From Glycocaulis sp. (GTDB taxonomy: Bacteria > Pseudomonadota > Alphaproteobacteria > Caulobacterales > Maricaulaceae), in NCBI RefSeq assembly GCF_051859565.1, contig NZ_JBHYFK010000004.1, forward strand, positions 271,099 through 335,098: a stretch of DNA of 64,000 bases, given 5' to 3'. This document shows, piece by piece, positions 20,453-30,229 of this stretch. Within the stretch, counting starts at the first letter, position 1; every line of letters begins with the position of its first letter. The translations under genes were made by a program, and so were the position numbers. Below the pieces are notes generated by a model. It was given only the letters and a program-made list of their open reading frames with translations, searched no databases and was not told where the DNA came from.

Positions 20453-20725
20453 CTAGTGACGGGTGGAAAGCCACTCGCGCGCAGCACGCTGTGCCGCCGC
20501 AATGTCTTCGGTGCCCATCTCGCTCGACACTTCCTTGCGGTAGTGCTTGGCAGGCTCAGAGCCCATCAGCGCGGCCAGATTGAACCATTTGTGCGCCTCG
20601 ACATAGTCGATGACACCGCCCTGGCCCGTCGAGTAGAGCAGGCCGAGCTTGCAAAGGTCCTCGCCGGTCGGATCGGTATTGATCGCGTCGTGAACCTGAC
20701 GGGTTTCCACATCAGTGAAAGCCAT
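20453..20725 (-). CDS. Sel1-repeat protein (about 90 aa)
   Basis: ..LCKLGLLYSTGQGGVIDYVEAHKWFNLAALMGSEPAKHY.. is a Sel1/TPR-like repeat. The start is trimmed to MAFTDVE. Confidence 0.65.
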   Translation of the reverse strand: MAFTDVETRQVHDAINTDPTGEDLCKLGLLYSTGQGGVIDYVEAHKWFNLAALMGSEPAKHYRKEVSSEMGTEDIAAAQRAAREWLSTRH

Positions 20726-20899
20726 TTGTCTTCCCCATTCCATTTGGGTTCTGCGGGGCTTTGCCCTCGTCTCGAACCCGTGATTGACACCCCACCACCC
20801 ACGCAATGTTTCGCGTTTGTGTGAGAGCATAATCGCGGGGAATGGTATCCACAGGGTTAAGGCAAACTAAGAATAATGCATTTTAAGCATTTATTTTCG

Positions 20900-22198
20900 T
20901 TAGGTTTTCCTACCAAGAAGTAACTCACGCATTGCAATATCGATGCGCTGGCCGAGGCCCGCCCGCCCGGTGACGCGCACACTGAACGCGGACACTAGCG
21001 CAGCCAGCACAATGCCAAAGGCCAGCGCCGCAAACACGCCCGCGAGCACAAATCGCTCCCATGCCTCAGCGGTGATGCGCGAACCGGCCTGCTCGCCACG
21101 GTCCAGCGCCAGCGCATCGCGTCCATGGAAATGCGCCAGTGCCAGCGTACGCGGTCCCGCCTCCAGCGACAGGCGGCGCAGGCGCGCAGCGTCCTGGGGC
21201 GTTTCCAGCAGGGCAGTCAGCCGGATGGCATCAATGTTCGACGTGTAGCGCGCCACCGCGCCCAGCTCACTGGCCATGGCGCGAAGCGTGTCCCCGTCCA
21301 GGGCCCGAAGGCTGGCAGCAAACGCCTCACCGGCATGCCCTGTCAGCAGGGCCGCGCGCAGAATACGCGCGCCCTGTCCTGCGCCGGTATCGCGGCCGAC
21401 ACGCGCCAAGGCACACGCCAGCGCCTGTTCGCCGGAACAATCTGCCTGAAGCACGGCGCCGTCAGACGCGAGCCACATTTCACCTGCCCCGGACGACAGC
21501 CCCGGCAGCAGGGCAAGATTGAGGGCGCCCTCCTCGTGGCCTGCAAAAAACGCGGCCTGTGACAGCTCCAGAGCGTCGTACAGGCGCGAGGCACGGTCGA
21601 TGCGGGCTCTTACCGCCGCGGGCGCCATCACACTGGCGATCTGAGTGTCCAGCTGCGGCGCCCGGCTGGCCCAGGCCGTCTCCAGTTCGCGGGTCCTGAC
21701 CCAGACCGGCAAGGCCCGAAGAACGGCTTCGGCCTCGCGCGGTGGCCGGGCATGCAGTTCGGCCCACAACATGCTGGAGAACCGTTCACGGCCAGCAATG
21801 GGCTCAAATGCGGCCAGGAGGCTCGCTGCCAGCGCATTGTCAGGCGGCAGACCGGCACGCGGCTGCATGGCCACCTCCAGCTCACGGCTCCAGAGACTGG
21901 CCGCTGCGGCCGCATCGGGCGCCAGCGATACAAAGGCATCATTCACCCGTCCGGCGCGGGTTGTGGCATCTGCGGCAGGATTTAAATGGCGCAGCCCATC
22001 GAAAACCCAGAAACCGGCAAGGGACACGAGCAAGACGAAAACCGCTGGCCTGACGCTGGACGCCGCCAGCTGCCAGCTCCGCCACAGGACACGGCGTCCC
22101 AGCCCTGCTTCACGCAGGGTTCGTACGCGCCGCGCGCGCGCCTCAATCCTGCGAAGACTGTATTTCGATCCCCGTGCCACGCTTTCCCCCTTGCGCAC
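20900..22198 (-). CDS. hypothetical membrane protein (432 aa)
   Basis: Long ORF with an N-terminal TM (PAVFVLLVSLAGFWVF) and a C-terminal TM (FVLAGVFAALAFGIVLAALV). No family recognised. Confidence 0.5.
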   Translation of the reverse strand: MRKGESVARGSKYSLRRIEARARRVRTLREAGLGRRVLWRSWQLAASSVRPAVFVLLVSLAGFWVFDGLRHLNPAADATTRAGRVNDAFVSLAPDAAAAASLWSRELEVAMQPRAGLPPDNALAASLLAAFEPIAGRERFSSMLWAELHARPPREAEAVLRALPVWVRTRELETAWASRAPQLDTQIASVMAPAAVRARIDRASRLYDALELSQAAFFAGHEEGALNLALLPGLSSGAGEMWLASDGAVLQADCSGEQALACALARVGRDTGAGQGARILRAALLTGHAGEAFAASLRALDGDTLRAMASELGAVARYTSNIDAIRLTALLETPQDAARLRRLSLEAGPRTLALAHFHGRDALALDRGEQAGSRITAEAWERFVLAGVFAALAFGIVLAALVSAFSVRVTGRAGLGQRIDIAMRELLLGRKT

Positions 22199-22242
22199 GC
22201 CCTATCCAAGCATGACGGGCGGGATGGGGGAAGGTCAGATCG

Positions 22243-22348
22243 CCCTCGTCCTTCGAGACGGCCTTTGGCCTCCTCAGGATGAGGGCTTCGGGTTTGCTTT
22301 TCCCCTCATCCTGAGGGTGAGCGAAGCGAACGTCTCGAAGGACGAGGG
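22243..22348. repeat. about 100-bp nested inverted-repeat element, copy 2
   Basis: ccctcgtccttcgagacg..ctcctcaggatgaggg // ccctcatcctgaggg..gtctcgaaggacgaggg. The architecture matches 871..973. Confidence 0.6.
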
Positions 22349-22356
22349 AAAAGCAA

Positions 22357-23079
22357 TCAAAGCGCCTTCTGGCCGAAGAGGATCGCGCGGGCCTTTTTGG
22401 CTTCCTCTGAATCCTCGGCGAGGTTGGAGCGCAGCTCCTTGCCCGCATCGCGGCCCCGGCGCAGGGCCGGGCGCTGCTTCAGCCGCTCCACCCAGGCTTT
22501 CAGATTGGGGAAGTCGTCAAGGTTCTGCCCCTGCCCCTCGGGCAATATCCACGGCCAGGCGGCCATGTCGGCGATGGAATAGGCGCCCGCCAGATACTCC
22601 CTGTCCGCCAGCCGCCGGTCCATCACGCCGTAGAGCCGGTTCACCTCATTGGTGTAGCGGTTCGCGCCGTATTCAAGCTTCGTCTCATCCGGCTCGATTT
22701 TCTTGGCGTAGGAGCGGAAATGGTGCGCCTGGCCTGCCATCGGCCCCAGCCCGCCCATCTGCCAGTGCAGCCACTGGTCCACTTCGGCCTGCTCGCGCGC
22801 GTTCGCGCCATAGAATTTGCCGGTCTTGCGGGCGAGATATTGCAGGATCGCGCCGCTTTCGAAGACGGAGATCGGCTTGCCGTCCGGGCCTTGCGGGTCG
22901 GTGATGGCGGGCATGCGGTTATTCGGGCTGATGGCGAGAAACTCCGGCCTGAACTGCTCTCCGGTGCCGATATTCACCGGCCGGATCACGTAAGGCAGCC
23001 CCATCTCCTCCAGCGCGATCGATATCTTCCACCCGTTCGGCGTGGGCCAGTAGAACAGCTCGATGGGGGCTTGCGCCAT
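22357..23079 (-). CDS. Nu-class glutathione S-transferase (YfcG/YghU-like)
   Basis: ..IELFYWPTPNGWKISIALEEMGLPY..GEQFRPEFLAISPNNRMPAI..VFESGAILQYLARKTG..WLHWQMGGLGPMAGQAHHF.. is colinear with E. coli YfcG as I recall it. Confidence 0.88.
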   Translation of the reverse strand: MAQAPIELFYWPTPNGWKISIALEEMGLPYVIRPVNIGTGEQFRPEFLAISPNNRMPAITDPQGPDGKPISVFESGAILQYLARKTGKFYGANAREQAEVDQWLHWQMGGLGPMAGQAHHFRSYAKKIEPDETKLEYGANRYTNEVNRLYGVMDRRLADREYLAGAYSIADMAAWPWILPEGQGQNLDDFPNLKAWVERLKQRPALRRGRDAGKELRSNLAEDSEEAKKARAILFGQKAL

Positions 23080-23228
23080 GATGGGCTCCTTTGGAAGCGA
23101 GGGTGCGGCAATGCTCGCGCTAGCAAGTCGGCCTCGCCTGCTGCATCGTCAAGGGCGAGCACACTTCATCTCTGCCAATAGACGCGCTAAATCCCCTGCC
23201 CCGCTATTCAGCTTTCCAAGGCCCCGCC

Positions 23229-24176
23229 ATGACCGCCATCCTGCAAGACCTGATAAAGCCCGTCTCCTTCGCTCAGGCTGCGCGCGACCCGCAGGGCTTT
23301 GCCGATGCGCTGTGCGGCTCATTCCGCGAGTTCGGCTTTGCAGTGGTGTCCGACCACATCATCGATCAGGGCGTGATCGACCGGGCGGTTGCCGAGACCA
23401 AGGCCTTCTTCGCCCTGCCCGATGCGACCAAGCGGCAATATCACCAGCCCGGCGGCGGCGGCCAGCGCGGCTACACCCCGTTCGGTGTGGAAGCGGCCAA
23501 GGGCGCTGCGGCTGTGGACCTGAAGGAGTTCTGGCACCGGGGCCGCGACCTGCCGCAAGGCCATCGCTTCTCTGACGTGATGCCCGCCAATGTATCGGTG
23601 GACGCGGTCGCCGGGTTTGATGAAGCCACCAGAGACCTGTTCGATGCACTGGACGCGATGGGACGCGTGCTCCTCAAAGCCATCGCGCGCCATCTGGACC
23701 TGCCGGAAAACTGGTTCGAGGCGCGCGTCGCCGAAGGCAACTCCATCCTGCGCCTCCTGCACTACCCGCCAATAAAGGGCGAGCCCGACGGCGTGCGCGC
23801 CGGTGCGCATGAGGACATCAATGTCATCACGCTGCTTCTGGGCGCGGAGGAAGCGGGTCTGCAGGTGAAAACCCGCTCTGGCGAGTGGCTGGCCATCAAC
23901 CCGCCGCCGGGAGCTCTGGTGGTCAATGTGGGCGACATGCTGCAGCGCCTGACCAACCATGTCCTGCCCTCCACCACCCACCGCGTGGTGAACCCCAGCG
24001 CGGAGCGCATGGCCTTCTCGCGCTACTCCACGCCCTACTTCCTGCACTTTGCGCCGGACGTGGAGATCAAGACCCTGCCGCAATGCGTCAGCGTGGATAA
24101 TCCGGACCGCTATTTGCAGCCCATCACCGCTCATGAGTATCTTATGGAGCGGCTGCGCGAGATTCGGCTCGCCTAG
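23229..24176 (+). CDS. 2OG-Fe(II) oxygenase (isopenicillin N synthase-like family)
   Basis: ..LRLLHYPP..GAHEDINVITLLL..LQV..GEWL..VVNVGDMLQRLTNHVLPSTTHRV.. carries the H-x-D...H facial triad and the R-x-S context. Confidence 0.85.
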   Translation: MTAILQDLIKPVSFAQAARDPQGFADALCGSFREFGFAVVSDHIIDQGVIDRAVAETKAFFALPDATKRQYHQPGGGGQRGYTPFGVEAAKGAAAVDLKEFWHRGRDLPQGHRFSDVMPANVSVDAVAGFDEATRDLFDALDAMGRVLLKAIARHLDLPENWFEARVAEGNSILRLLHYPPIKGEPDGVRAGAHEDINVITLLLGAEEAGLQVKTRSGEWLAINPPPGALVVNVGDMLQRLTNHVLPSTTHRVVNPSAERMAFSRYSTPYFLHFAPDVEIKTLPQCVSVDNPDRYLQPITAHEYLMERLREIRLA

Positions 24177-24216
24177 AGCATTTCGCGCCCTGCCACCGCC
24201 GACGGGGAGGAAGGGC

Positions 24217-24669
24217 ATGTCAGGGCAAAAAAGTCCCGAAGACAGCGTACAGACCATCCGTCTGATGACGCGCCTTAACGGCATTGCCGTTATCGCCTGG
24301 CAAGGCGGCGAAGCGCTCACCCTGATTGGCGGCGCCGGCCTGGGTGCCGGTTATCTTGCCTCCGGCATCGGCTTTGGCGTCTGGCTGGTTACCTTGATCT
24401 TGTGGGTCTGGATCGTCATCTTCGCCCGCCAGCGCTGGAAACTGGACGTTCTGGGCGATGCAACGGCTCGTCAGGTTTTCATCCGTACCGGGCGGACCAC
24501 CCTGCCGGTTCTGGTCGTCTGCATCGTCATCGGCGGCAGCGTGACGATGCTCACCGCTGTCTCGGGTGAGATCATTCTGCGCATTTCCATTGCCGCCATC
24601 GCCGGAACAGCCCTGTTGAGCGCTGCAGCCAGTGACCGGGCCCTACGGCCTGCAACTGCCGCGCAATAG
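24217..24669 (+). CDS. hypothetical membrane protein (150 aa)
   Basis: ATG at 24217 follows ggggaggaaggg. Three to four hydrophobic helices. Confidence 0.5.
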   Translation: MSGQKSPEDSVQTIRLMTRLNGIAVIAWQGGEALTLIGGAGLGAGYLASGIGFGVWLVTLILWVWIVIFARQRWKLDVLGDATARQVFIRTGRTTLPVLVVCIVIGGSVTMLTAVSGEIILRISIAAIAGTALLSAAASDRALRPATAAQ

Positions 24670-24774
24670 ACGCAGGCAATCGGCGCCAGCAAAATTATTT
24701 ATTTTGTTGATTGCCTGCTGGCGCGTATTGTGATGTCAGGCTCAGTTCCTGACTGACCAACCTGTAACTCTTCC

Positions 24775-24810
24775 AGCGCTCCTGTTCCCCGGCAGGAGCG
24801 CTTTCTTATT
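24775..24810 (+). terminator. intrinsic terminator candidate
   Basis: 10-bp stem agcgctcctg / caggagcgct followed by ttcttatt. Confidence 0.55.
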
Positions 24811-24961
24811 GGGTCATACCCGCCTCTTCTCACTAGTTTGTCACACGAATTCCTGCGGTACGGCGTTGTATCGCCGGGATCGAGTCCCTAGCTTACACGT
24901 TACCCATATATATCTGTTCACAAGCAGGCTTGCGCGAGGGCGCGCGGGCCCAGGAGGATTC

Positions 24962-25516
24962 ATGACCCCATCAAAACGTCCTTACCGTCACAATCGCGAA
25001 CCGCGTCTCGATATTGCCCGTGTGGGCGAGGCTGGCACCATTCTGGCGCTTGCTGCTCCGGGCTTCTCCGTGCCTGACCTGAATGCTGCGGCCAGCGCTG
25101 CCGAGCGCTCCGGCTACAAGCTCAAAGTCGCATCCAGCGCCCGCGCGCTGGTGTCCGGGCGCACGGAAACCGGCGAGGAGATGAACTTCGTCGTCGATAC
25201 GGGCTTTGAGGATGTCTCGGCTGATGAGGGCGCGGGGCTGGTACTTCCCGGTGGCCGGCGCGCGGTCGACGCGTTGAACGATTCCAATGCTGCGCTGCGC
25301 CTTCTCCAGGACATGTTTGCCAGCGGCCGCCCGATCTTCGCTGCGGGCGAGTCACTCGCCATGCTGGCCGAAGTCTCCGGCAAGGAAGTCGGTGACGCAG
25401 ATGCCGCCCTTGCCCTGAACGGCGAAGTGTTTGCCGCCAGCGGCGAAACCGCCCGTGATGATGTCGCCAAGGTGTTTGCCGAGTCGCTGCAGACCCAGGC
25501 GTCTGAAGCCGCCTAG
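24962..25516 (+). CDS. DJ-1/PfpI-like domain protein (nucleophile Cys not evident)
   Basis: ATG follows caggagg. ..GAGLVLPGGRRAVDALNDSNAALRLLQDMFASGRPIFAAGESLAMLAE.. resembles the class-I glutamine amidotransferase-like fold, but the C-H-G elbow is replaced by A-G-E. Confidence 0.45.
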   Translation: MTPSKRPYRHNREPRLDIARVGEAGTILALAAPGFSVPDLNAAASAAERSGYKLKVASSARALVSGRTETGEEMNFVVDTGFEDVSADEGAGLVLPGGRRAVDALNDSNAALRLLQDMFASGRPIFAAGESLAMLAEVSGKEVGDADAALALNGEVFAASGETARDDVAKVFAESLQTQASEAA

Positions 25517-25536
25517 CGCACGCACGCCGCAACATG

Positions 25537-25572
25537 AAAAAGCCCCGGAGCGCGCTGCTCCGGGGCTTTTTC
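25537..25572. terminator. bidirectional intrinsic terminator
   Basis: aaaaagccccggagcgcgctgctccggggctttttc lies between convergent genes, with an A-run and a T-run flanking a GC-rich stem. Confidence 0.75.
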
Positions 25573-25591
25573 TTGACGCGAACGGCAGGGA

Positions 25592-26920
25592 CTATCCCTC
25601 CCAGTTCCTCGGCAGCCAGCGCGCCGCAAGGAACATGAAGCCTGCGGCCACCAGATAGAGGCATGAACCGATCAGGATGGAGTAGCGCAGCGATTCATCG
25701 CCAAAAGTTGGCATCAGCATGGTCGACAACTCGCCCAGCACGTAGATGCCGACGCCGATCCCCAGCAGATTGTTGATCAGCAGGAAGATGGAGGAGGCCA
25801 CGGTGCGCATCGACGCAGGCACAAGGTTCTGGAAGGCAGACAGCACCGGACCCAGCCAGGCCAGCGCCAGCGCATTGGGGATGATGAAGACGAAGAAGGC
25901 GATGGTGGCATTCGGCGCCAGCACGCCCACTGCATAGAAGGGCATGGTGAACAGGAAGGCGATGCCCGGAACCAGCGCATACCAGGCCTTGGACTTCTTG
26001 CCGACCCAGTCGGAGATGAAACCGCCAAGGATGATCCCGGCTGCGCCGCCGATAATGAGGAGACCGCCAAACATCCAGCCCGTGGTGACCAGGTCCAGCC
26101 CGTAGGAACGCGCCAGGAAGCTTGGCACCCAGAAGAACACGCCGTACCCCATCATGGATGAGCACGCCGCCCCGAAGGTGAGGAACCAGAAGGCGGGCTT
26201 TTTCAGCAGGACCCGGATAACGGCAAAGAAGCTGGGCTTGGCCGCCTTGGCATCCATCTTCACCGTATCAAGCTGTCCGCGCGCTGGCTCGCGCACCGTC
26301 AGGCGGAAAATCGGCGCCAAAGCAATGCCCGCAACGCCTACGATGATGAACGCCCAGCGCCAGTCCAGCCCCTCGCCGATATTGCCGCTGGCGATCTGTG
26401 CGCCTGCGATGACGCCAAACGCGCTGCCCAGCGGAATCCCAAGCGAATAGAAGGCCAGCGCGCGTGCGCGCGCCTGCGGCGGGAAATAGTCCGCGATGAG
26501 GGAGTAGGACGGGGCAACACCGCCCGCCTCACCAACGCCTACGCCGACACGGGCACCGAAGAGTTGCCAGAAATTCTGTGCCATGCCGCAAAGGGCTGTG
26601 AAGCCGCTCCAGACCCCCAGCGAGATGGTGATGATCCAGACCCGGTTGGTGCGGTCGGCCAGCCACGCGATCGGCACGCCCAGCACCGAATAGAGCAGCG
26701 CAAACGCGATACCGCCCAGAAGGCCAAGCTGGCGGTCATCCAGCCCCAGCTCCTCACGGATCGGGATGGCGAGGATGGAAATGATCTGCCGGTCGAGGAA
26801 GTTGAACGCATAGACCAGAAACAGCATGACCATCACATACCCGCGATACAGGTTGGATGGCGGTTTTGGCACGGTGGTGGCAGCGGCCACACCCGGCGCG
26901 CCCGGCAGCGTCTCACTCAT
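25592..26920 (-). CDS. MFS transporter (Spinster-like)
   Basis: 442 aa with about 12 TM segments and the MFS motif ..GWLADRTNRVWII.. between TM2 and TM3. Confidence 0.88.
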   Translation of the reverse strand: MSETLPGAPGVAAATTVPKPPSNLYRGYVMVMLFLVYAFNFLDRQIISILAIPIREELGLDDRQLGLLGGIAFALLYSVLGVPIAWLADRTNRVWIITISLGVWSGFTALCGMAQNFWQLFGARVGVGVGEAGGVAPSYSLIADYFPPQARARALAFYSLGIPLGSAFGVIAGAQIASGNIGEGLDWRWAFIIVGVAGIALAPIFRLTVREPARGQLDTVKMDAKAAKPSFFAVIRVLLKKPAFWFLTFGAACSSMMGYGVFFWVPSFLARSYGLDLVTTGWMFGGLLIIGGAAGIILGGFISDWVGKKSKAWYALVPGIAFLFTMPFYAVGVLAPNATIAFFVFIIPNALALAWLGPVLSAFQNLVPASMRTVASSIFLLINNLLGIGVGIYVLGELSTMLMPTFGDESLRYSILIGSCLYLVAAGFMFLAARWLPRNWEG

Positions 26921-27004
26921 GGATATCTCCCCTTGCAGTCAGGTTTGCCCGTGCTGGTCTCGCCAACATCTCTTTGGTGTATTTTGACGGGCTGATGGCA
27001 GGGC

Positions 27005-27048
27005 GCAAAAGAAAAACGCCGCCGGAGCTGCAAAGCATCCGGCGGCGT
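27005..27048 (-). terminator. intrinsic terminator of the TonB-dependent receptor gene
   Basis: On the minus strand: acgccgccggatgctttgcagctccggcggcgt followed by ttttctttt. Confidence 0.7.
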
Positions 27049-27080
27049 CATTCCAGCCGTCCCCCGGCCTGTATTCCGTC

Positions 27081-29339
27081 CTAGTAGCGTGCGGTGAAAA
27101 CCAGACGCCAGGTACGCGGCGCACCATAGTAGACGGTGCGGATATTGCCCACTGAGGAGAAGTCCTGGCCGTCAGTGCGATAGACTTCATCGGCGAGGTT
27201 GCGGCCATAAAGACCGACAGAGTAATTGCCGTTCCGGTTAGTCCAGACCGCATTGGCGTCATAGAGCCAGTAGGCATCCTGGAACAGGCCCTCGATCTCG
27301 ACATTCGAGTTTACCGGGGTGTTGTCCACCGCCAGCGCCATGCGCGAGCGATAGCGAGCCGAACCGGCAAGGCGCAGCGTGCCATGCTCGGCAAGGTCGA
27401 AATCGTAGGCCGCACCCAGGCGCGTCGTCCATTCCGGCGAGAAGGCCGGGGTCTGGAAAGCGCGGCTGCCACCGAAATTGGTGAAGCGGGCGTCTTCGAA
27501 TTCACCGTACTCCGCATTCAGATAGCCGATCTGGGCGTCCAGCATCAGTTCAGGCACCGGGCTCCAGGCCAGCTCTACTTCAAAGCCGGAAATCTCGAGG
27601 CTACCGGCATTGAGCACCGTCAGCTGCGGCACCGGCAGGCCGGTCCCCGGATCGGTCACGAGGCCCGACACACGCGCCTGGAAGTCTTCATAATCGTTGT
27701 AGAAGACGGTGAAGTTGGCGCGCAGCGTGTTGTCGAGCCAGTCGGTTTTGACGCCCAGCTCATAGGAGGTGACGGTTTCCGGATTATACGGAGCCTGTTC
27801 GCCCGGATTGTTCGCACGGCCATTGAAACCGCCGGACTTGAAGCCCTGGGACACGCGGCCATAGAGCAGCACATTGTCGGACGCGCGATAGTCCAGCGAC
27901 ACCATCGGCGAGGTGTTGGTCCAGCTATCGCGGATCGTGAAGGCCAGAGCCGGGTCGACCGTGAGACCCGGGAAATTCGAGAAGGTCGAAGTGGTGCGGA
28001 AATAATCCTTCTGCTCGTCGGTATAACGCACACCGGCGGTCACGGAGAGACGGTCCGTCAGCGCATAGGTGGCATTCACGTAGAACGCCCAGCTGCGGGT
28101 CTCCAGATCATCGTCGATGGTGCGCAGGAAGGTAAAGCCGCCCGGCCCGGTCAGCAGGTCATCGGCAAACGCTTCCTGGTGCGAGGTGATGTTTTCCAGC
28201 ATGTAGAACAGGCCGCTGACCACCGTCAGGCGCTCTGTTTCGTAGTTCAGCTGGAATTCCTGGCTGACCTGGTCCTGGTCTACCGCAACAAGCACATCGC
28301 CGGTTTCGAGCGCGGTCGCGTCGATGTCGATGTAATCTTCGTACTCCAGCTCACGGTAAGCCGTGATCGAGCGAAGCGTCAGATTGTCCGACAACTCCCA
28401 GTTCATGGTGAGCGCGGTACCCCAATGGGTCATTTCCGTGGAGTTCGGCAGGCCCGGCGTAGCCACACCCGTAAAGTCATACGCGGGAACCTGGGCCGGC
28501 ACCGGGAAGATCGGCACGCCGAACAGTGTCGTCAGCGTATTGATCGGCTGGCCCATAACCAGCGCGTTGTTCTCGCGCGACCAGTCGGCATTCCAGTCGA
28601 CGGTGAAGTTCGGGGCCGCATCCCAGGCCAGCGCCACACGTGCCGCCGAGGCGTTGCGGTCATTATACTCTTCGCCAGTGACGGGATTGGTGACGAAACC
28701 GTCACGGCCCGTACCAAACAGGGCGACGCTGCCGGCCAGGTTTTCGGCAAGGCCGCCGGAGACCGAAGCGCGTGCTTCCCAGAGCGAGTAATTACCAAGA
28801 CCAACCTGGAACTGGCCGCGCGTCTCCTGGCTGGGACGGCGGGTGATGACGCGAAGGGCACCACCAATGGTGTTCTTGCCATAGAGCGTGCCCTGCGGGC
28901 CGCGCAGAACCTCGATGCGTTCAATGTCGAACAGGTCCAGCTGCGTGCCACGGATACGCGAGAAGTAAACATCATCGACGTAGAAGCCGACCGCCGGATC
29001 AAAGGTCTGCAGCGCATCAGGCTGGCCTACGCCGCGGATATAGATGTTAGTGGCGTTCGACGAGCCGCGCCCCTGAACGATGTTCAGGTTCGGGACCGCG
29101 CCTTGCAGGCCACTGGGGTCCGTAACGTCGATACGCTCCAGCGCGGCTTCAGAGAACGCAGACACCGCACCGGGAACGTCCTGGAGGCTTTCCTCGGTCC
29201 GGCGCGCCGTGACCACGATCACTTCGCGGTTGGCGCTGGCGCCTTGCTCCTGGGCAAAAGCCGCAGGCGTCATGAAAGCAAGCGGTGACACGCTGGCCAG
29301 TACGGCCGCAGCACCGAATGTGCGCAGTTTCGTTTTCAT
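27081..29339 (-). CDS. TonB-dependent receptor
   Basis: Signal peptide MKTKLRTFGAAAVLASVSPLAFMTPAAFA-Q. Plug motifs (IVVTARR, VLRGPQGTLYGKNTIGG). C-terminus ..RTWRLVFTARY. The start is trimmed to the Met preceded by gggagga. Confidence 0.93.
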   Translation of the reverse strand: MKTKLRTFGAAAVLASVSPLAFMTPAAFAQEQGASANREVIVVTARRTEESLQDVPGAVSAFSEAALERIDVTDPSGLQGAVPNLNIVQGRGSSNATNIYIRGVGQPDALQTFDPAVGFYVDDVYFSRIRGTQLDLFDIERIEVLRGPQGTLYGKNTIGGALRVITRRPSQETRGQFQVGLGNYSLWEARASVSGGLAENLAGSVALFGTGRDGFVTNPVTGEEYNDRNASAARVALAWDAAPNFTVDWNADWSRENNALVMGQPINTLTTLFGVPIFPVPAQVPAYDFTGVATPGLPNSTEMTHWGTALTMNWELSDNLTLRSITAYRELEYEDYIDIDATALETGDVLVAVDQDQVSQEFQLNYETERLTVVSGLFYMLENITSHQEAFADDLLTGPGGFTFLRTIDDDLETRSWAFYVNATYALTDRLSVTAGVRYTDEQKDYFRTTSTFSNFPGLTVDPALAFTIRDSWTNTSPMVSLDYRASDNVLLYGRVSQGFKSGGFNGRANNPGEQAPYNPETVTSYELGVKTDWLDNTLRANFTVFYNDYEDFQARVSGLVTDPGTGLPVPQLTVLNAGSLEISGFEVELAWSPVPELMLDAQIGYLNAEYGEFEDARFTNFGGSRAFQTPAFSPEWTTRLGAAYDFDLAEHGTLRLAGSARYRSRMALAVDNTPVNSNVEIEGLFQDAYWLYDANAVWTNRNGNYSVGLYGRNLADEVYRTDGQDFSSVGNIRTVYYGAPRTWRLVFTARY

Positions 29340-29403
29340 GGTGATCCTCCCAATCGAATCATCTGGCGCCTGATCCCTGCCAAGCGTCTCACGGCGAATT
29401 ACT

Positions 29404-29415
29404 TTCAACGTTGAA
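29404..29415. promoter_or_regulatory. candidate TetR operator (12-bp perfect palindrome)
   Basis: ttcaacgttgaa lies in the divergent TBDR/TetR intergenic region. Confidence 0.3.
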
Positions 29416-29470
29416 TGAAATGTCAATTGGTATCACACTCGGCGCAATCCATCTGCTGAGGAGTGAGGCT

Positions 29471-30229
29471 ATGCGGCAACAGATTGCCATCGACGCGCGC
29501 GGCGAACCGGCTAAAAGTCGGGCCATGGCAACCCGTACCAGAACCCGCCCGCAGAACCGCCGCGGCGAAAAGACCCGCGCGGCCCTGCTGGACGCCGCAG
29601 AATCGCTCTTCGCCGAGACCGGCTTTCACGCCGTGACCGTGCGCGAAATTGCGCGCAAGGCAGGCGCCGATCCCGCGCTGGTGACGTATTATTTCGGCGG
29701 CAAGCGCGAGCTGTTCGACGAGGTGCTGCTGCGGCGCGCCACCGAGCTGAACGCCATCCGCCTGAAAGAACTCGAAGAGCTGGAGGCCAAGGCAGGCCCT
29801 GATGGCCCGACGGTGGAGGAGATCATCAACGCGTTCACTCATCCCCTGCTGGACCGCACCGCCAATGGCGGGCCAGGCTGGAAGAGCTATTTTGCGCTGA
29901 TCGGCCAGATCACCAACACGCCCGAATGGGGCGCGGCGGTGATGAACAAGTATTTCGATCCCATCGTGATCCGGTTTCTCGAAGCGCTGCGTCCGAAAAT
30001 CCCGGACTGCACGGAGGAAGACCTGTTCTGGAGCTATCATTTCCTGTCGGGCGTGCTGGTGCTCACCTTCGCGCAGACGGGCCGGATAGATGTGCTGTCG
30101 AAGGGCCTTTGCAAGTCATCGGACATCGCCAGCGTGCACGAGCGCATGCCCGGCTTCATCGCCGCTGGCATCTTGTACCTGCAGGAGCGCTCACGGGCGC
30201 AAAAGAATGGCGGAACTGACAACACATGA
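29471..30229 (+). CDS. TetR/AcrR family transcriptional regulator
   Basis: ..TRAALLDAAESLFAETGFHAVTVREIARKAGADPALVTYYFGGKRELF.. is a canonical TetR HTH. Confidence 0.9.
   Translation: MRQQIAIDARGEPAKSRAMATRTRTRPQNRRGEKTRAALLDAAESLFAETGFHAVTVREIARKAGADPALVTYYFGGKRELFDEVLLRRATELNAIRLKELEELEAKAGPDGPTVEEIINAFTHPLLDRTANGGPGWKSYFALIGQITNTPEWGAAVMNKYFDPIVIRFLEALRPKIPDCTEEDLFWSYHFLSGVLVLTFAQTGRIDVLSKGLCKSSDIASVHERMPGFIAAGILYLQERSRAQKNGGTDNT

Noticed and set aside
21645-22904. 419-aa plus-strand ORF
   Set aside because: It runs antisense through the 432-aa gene, across the inverted-repeat element and into the GST gene. Its composition is Arg/Ser/Pro/Ala-biased.
24673-24728. H-type pseudoknot from the A-B...A'-B' complementary segments
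   Set aside because: The paired segments are directly adjacent or overlapping, leaving no loop nucleotides. Simultaneous pairing is sterically implausible, so alternative hairpins are more likely.
27384-29288. 634-aa plus-strand ORF
   Set aside because: It is antisense to the TonB-dependent receptor. It is a shadow ORF.
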